The notes under the pieces are model-generated. The model searched no databases. It saw only the letters and a list, made by a program, of their open reading frames with translations, and was not told the DNA's origin. A DNA stretch of 64,000 nucleotides from Amoebophrya sp. A120. Its lineage: Eukaryota; Protista; Dinoflagellata. Position numbers and translations under genes: made by a program. Each line of letters opens with the position of its first letter. The stretch's first letter is position 1. The stretch spans positions 2,235,700 to 2,299,699 of the forward strand of contig CAJINV010000006.1 in assembly GCA_905178155.1 (NCBI GenBank), given 5' to 3'. Positions 60,480 through 64,000 of the stretch are shown piece by piece.

Positions 60480-60810
60480 GTGCGGAAAAAGGACTCGAGA
60501 ACGGTGGCGGGCATTTTGTATATGTTTTACTTTTCTTTCAGAAGGTCAAGATCAAGAATTTTGTTTCAAGAGCTAGCACGACGACATGGACAGCAGTAGA
60601 GCGATTGTGTTGCCACCAACAAGAAGAATAAAGAATAAGTCGCTTCACTCTGGTGCTACACTAGTGACCATGAATAATCTCCGATGCAGTAAGTATAGGT
60701 TTTAGCTTTTGCTGAAGGAAGCTGCAAGAAGCGAAAAAAGATGAGAATGGAGCACGAACATCATAGTAGCGCCGTCCTCCGAACCGTTTTGTCGTTTTTC
60801 ATCCAGAGGA
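60480..60810 (-). pseudogene. Degenerate duplicate of the reductase start and upstream region
   Basis: Matches 58640-58900 (GGAAAAAGGACTCGAGAACGGT, GCTGAAGGAAGCTGCAAGAAGCGAAAAA). Confidence 0.65.
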
Positions 60811-61186
60811 CGGAGGTGGGAAAAAGGAGGCAAGATGTGCCTGCTTTTTCTGGACACAGGAGAGAAGAGTTCTCAGGCTTGCGTCACACAGAAATGATCC
60901 ACACAAGCTGTACGGGTTCTTTCTCGGAAACATCCAGCTCCTCGGTTGCGTTTGGTAATACCTATCACCTACAGCAGAAGACGCAGTACACCTACGCATC
61001 AACAAGCCATTTAGGAGTGTTTTCGTTTTACGTATTCATCGTACATGGGGTCAAGATTATCAAAGGCAGCTCCGGCGTTGTAAACTTCTCGCTTACAGCA
61101 AACATATTAAACGCTTACAACTATACTGTTCTCCACCTGTTACTTTCTTGTATAAGTAGGAGCTGTCGACTCTCCTCTTCTCTTTT

Positions 61187-64000
61187 TCACAAGAAAACCT
61201 TATTCAGCAGCATTCCGTTCTGAATCGGTTGCGCGGCCGTGTGGTCCCGCAGCCCCGTCCGATCGTAGGGTATGATGACTCTGACCGCGGATTTGTCGGC
61301 GCAAACCGGCTTCCTTGATTTATCCTTCGGCACGAGACATTGCAGGTGTTTCTTGCTCGCTGATCCGTCGTTCACGCAGGTCGGGCCGCAGGGATTCGAC
61401 GTAGTAGTAGTTTCTTGCGGAGTTTGATCTTTGCCGTCCTCTGCAGAAGCTGTTTCCCCACCACCGGCTTTCGCACCATCTTCGTGGTTCGCTTCACTTG
61501 CGGCCCCCGCGGCATTTTCCCCCGTGGATAATTCTCCGCCGCCGGTCGCAGAAGCTGCTGCGCTTCCAGAAGTAGTAGACGCACTTCCTTGTTTATTCCC
61601 TGTTGAAGTAGGTTCGATCGGGATGACTTTGTCCAACGGAAACGGGCGGCACCGCATCTTTTCCACGCACTGAATCCACTCGTTGCCGATCACGTTGAAA
61701 TATCCTGTGCAGAAGTATCGCACTCGTAGTAATTGCTATCATGCATTACAAATTTTTTTCTCAAGGTCAATCCGCATTACAAACTCAATTTCTCATGCTG
61801 GGGGAATTTGTCATGCATTTACACGAGTACGATACTTTTCCAATTCATATGAAAATCATGGTTTTCGGCATCTCGCCCTTCTCATCCGTTTCATCGGCGG
61901 TTACGCGTAGATATCCTGTGCAAAAGTATCGTACTCGTATAAATGCAAATCTTGCATTACAAATCTGGTTCCCAAGGCAAATCTGTATCACAAACTTCAT
62001 TTCTCATGCTGAGGAAATTTGTCATGCGATTTATACTAGTACGATGCTTTTGCATTTCATAGTAGAATCCCCTCTTTTTCACTTTTCATGAAATCCTCTT
62101 CCGACTGGGACACATCTGGATGAAGCTCGTCATTGGACTTGCCGCCTGCAGCTTCTTCTTGTTCACCAGGTTTCTCCTTGTTTATTTCACCTTTATTTTC
62201 ATCATCACCGGTTTTCTGTTCTGCAGGGGTCTCTTCCTTTTTCTCTTCTGCTGCACCTTCATCGGAACCCCCGTCCGCTTTCATCTTCACGACCGGCTTT
62301 CCATCTGGCCCGAGAACGTTGCCGTTTTCATCTTTCAACACGGTCGGGTCGTCGTCTGATTCGTATGCATTGCAAAAACCGCATGACAAATTTCCTCAGC
62401 ATGACAAATTGTCCTAAAGTAGTATGAACCGCATGACAACCTTCCTCAGCATGAAAAATGGAATAATTTATAGTGCGGATTTACCTTATTTGTAATGCAT
62501 GTTTTGCAATGCATAATTCATCCACCGCCACGTCTTTCTCGTCTTTCGCATCCCGCAACTTTTTCCCCGGGACCCACAGACAGTGCGTGTCGTCGTCGAA
62601 CTCGCACTCCTTTTTCTTCCGAATCGCATTGTCGTACCATCTCGCCAGATCCACTTCTCCCCCGGGGTTGTCCGGCTCGATCATTTTGAACTTCTGCGGA
62701 CACGAATGCGAGGAGAAAATACTTGTGTAATTGCAGTAAGTCTGTAAAATGCAATTGCAAAGCATGCAACACAGTTACACTTGTCATGCTAGCCAGCCAT
62801 GAAGTCCTACTATCTCGTCATTTGTCGTGTATTCACCGATACTAGCTGTGCGTGACACGCTTTCTTGTCTGTCATGCAGAGCAGATTTGTCGTGCTGTCA
62901 TCCCAACAAGACACCTACTGTACTAAACACAGTTTTTTTCCATCTGGGATAACACGGTTGCCAGTCCTCTGCCTTCACCGGGTCGTGCTTGAACACGTTC
63001 GGATCCTCGTCCTCCTTGACCCCATGGTCTCGGCACGGGACCCAGTTAAACGGGTGGCGGATCCAGCTCGGGCAGGTGTACGGATACTGGTCGCCTCCGT
63101 CACGCCACAGCACGTGGATGCACCGGCCTTGGCCGTTTTTCCCGTCCAGGTTGCAGTTATGAACTGCAAAATTATCGTACTAGTAGTAATTGCAATACAA
63201 ATTAGCCCAGCATGACAAATCGAATTTGTCATGCTGTTTTGCCTTTGGATGGACATTTGTAATGCATGGCTGCGATTACTACGAGTACGATACTTTTGCA
63301 CAGGATAGCAGTCCGTCGTCTCCGGGTCCGTGTTTTGCAAATCGTTCACAATTCGTGCTATGCATTGCAAAATAGTATTATCGGACTTTAGTGGTTCTAC
63401 TAGAGATTCTTGCAAGACAAATTTCAATTTGTTGCTGAACCAACACTGTAGTGCTGCAAAACTTCTACAAGCAAACGCAGTTTCTAGACCGATGAGATAC
63501 AGGCTACGCAGCTTTCTTCTTGACAGAACAAGATCGATGAAATACATGAAGGGTTGTTCTCGTTGCAAGGATTGGCACTTGTACCGCAAAGTACGATATC
63601 GTTATCTTTGACACCGCATACGTGCCTTCTGCCAGCAGAACTCCTTGCTGGTGTCGTCGCACACGGTCTCGAAAATCTTTCCGCCCTTTTTGCCCGTATG
63701 CTATGCAAAAACGTCCCCGCCTCGTACTCAAGATGCCAAATCTGCTAGGCAAATTTCTCAGCTTTGGGCGCTGCGCATGACAAGCTTGGCCTCGTTGTGT
63801 AATCCTGTTTAGCTAGTTCCAGCAGAATCACAGATCTAGCATACCATGCTGCTTCGAGCATCACCAATTCCAAAATACGACTAGCAAATGCTTTTCATGG
63901 GGCCCCACATAAGAAACATTTTTACCTTGCAGATTTGCATGACAACTTCTCTGGGGTGCTGGGGAGGTTTTTAGTACACTGGATAGCCCGGGTAAAAAAC
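61187..64000 (-). CDS. Hypothetical Cys/Trp-rich protein with acidic linkers; 5' end outside the window
   Basis: Continuous ORF (FYPG|KKGG...KAR|IVND...TDC|NLDG...QPC|PQKF...DE|SDDD...) after removing the elements. The 3' end is uncertain. Confidence 0.75.
61701..61849. mobile_element. TIR introner-like element, family A
   Basis: Family A TIR; DR TGAAA. Confidence 0.9.
61912..62061. mobile_element. TIR introner-like element, family A (150 bp)
   Basis: Family A TIR; DR GTAGA. Confidence 0.9.
62364..62515. mobile_element. TIR introner-like element, family A (internally rearranged)
   Basis: TIR TATGCATTGCAAAA; DR ATTCG/ATTCA. Confidence 0.85.
62705..62951. mobile_element. TIR introner-like element, family I (degenerate)
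   Basis: DR ACACG; frame restored. Confidence 0.75.
63158..63307. mobile_element. TIR introner-like element, family A (150 bp)
   Basis: Family A TIR; DR GCAGT. Confidence 0.92.
63359..63620. mobile_element. TIR introner-like element with degenerate TIR
   Basis: TAT...ATA ends; DR CGTGC; frame restored. Confidence 0.8.
63697..63985. mobile_element. TIR introner-like element, family F
   Basis: Body similar to 19923-20230; DR GCCCG. Confidence 0.82.

Noticed and set aside
6148-63985. Recurring peptides such as [17 protein letters not shown] and PDPDIFA as a protein domain family
   Set aside because: They are translations of the element TIRs, not proteins.
6148-63985. Integron attC cassettes or bacterial REP/IS elements
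   Set aside because: The context is eukaryotic with GT-AG introns. The elements lie within codons and have TSDs, and there is no integrase.

Overview
This is eukaryotic protist genomic DNA, not prokaryotic. Its architecture matches what is known for syndinian dinoflagellates such as Amoebophrya, which is an inference from structure rather than a database match. All recognisable genes lie on the minus strand: a tandemly duplicated hypothetical gene, a hidden type-I membrane protein, GST-kappa, seryl-tRNA synthetase, two paralogous alpha/beta-hydrolase-like proteins, a DHHC palmitoyltransferase, a USP deubiquitinase, a PP1-like phosphatase, steroid 5-alpha-reductase and a partial Cys-rich protein. 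Their exons are interrupted by about 50 elements of 148-331 bp that begin TAT and end ATA, carry terminal inverted repeats (about 10 TIR families) and are flanked by 5-bp direct repeats. Removing each element plus one repeat copy restores the reading frame, often through catalytic motifs, so they behave as non-canonical introns (introners). One such element in the PP1 gene is stretched to about 9 kb by a nested Helitron-like insertion made of satellite arrays, yet keeps both ends and its TSD. Coordinates were read by eye and may be off by a few bases. Family letters are my own labels.
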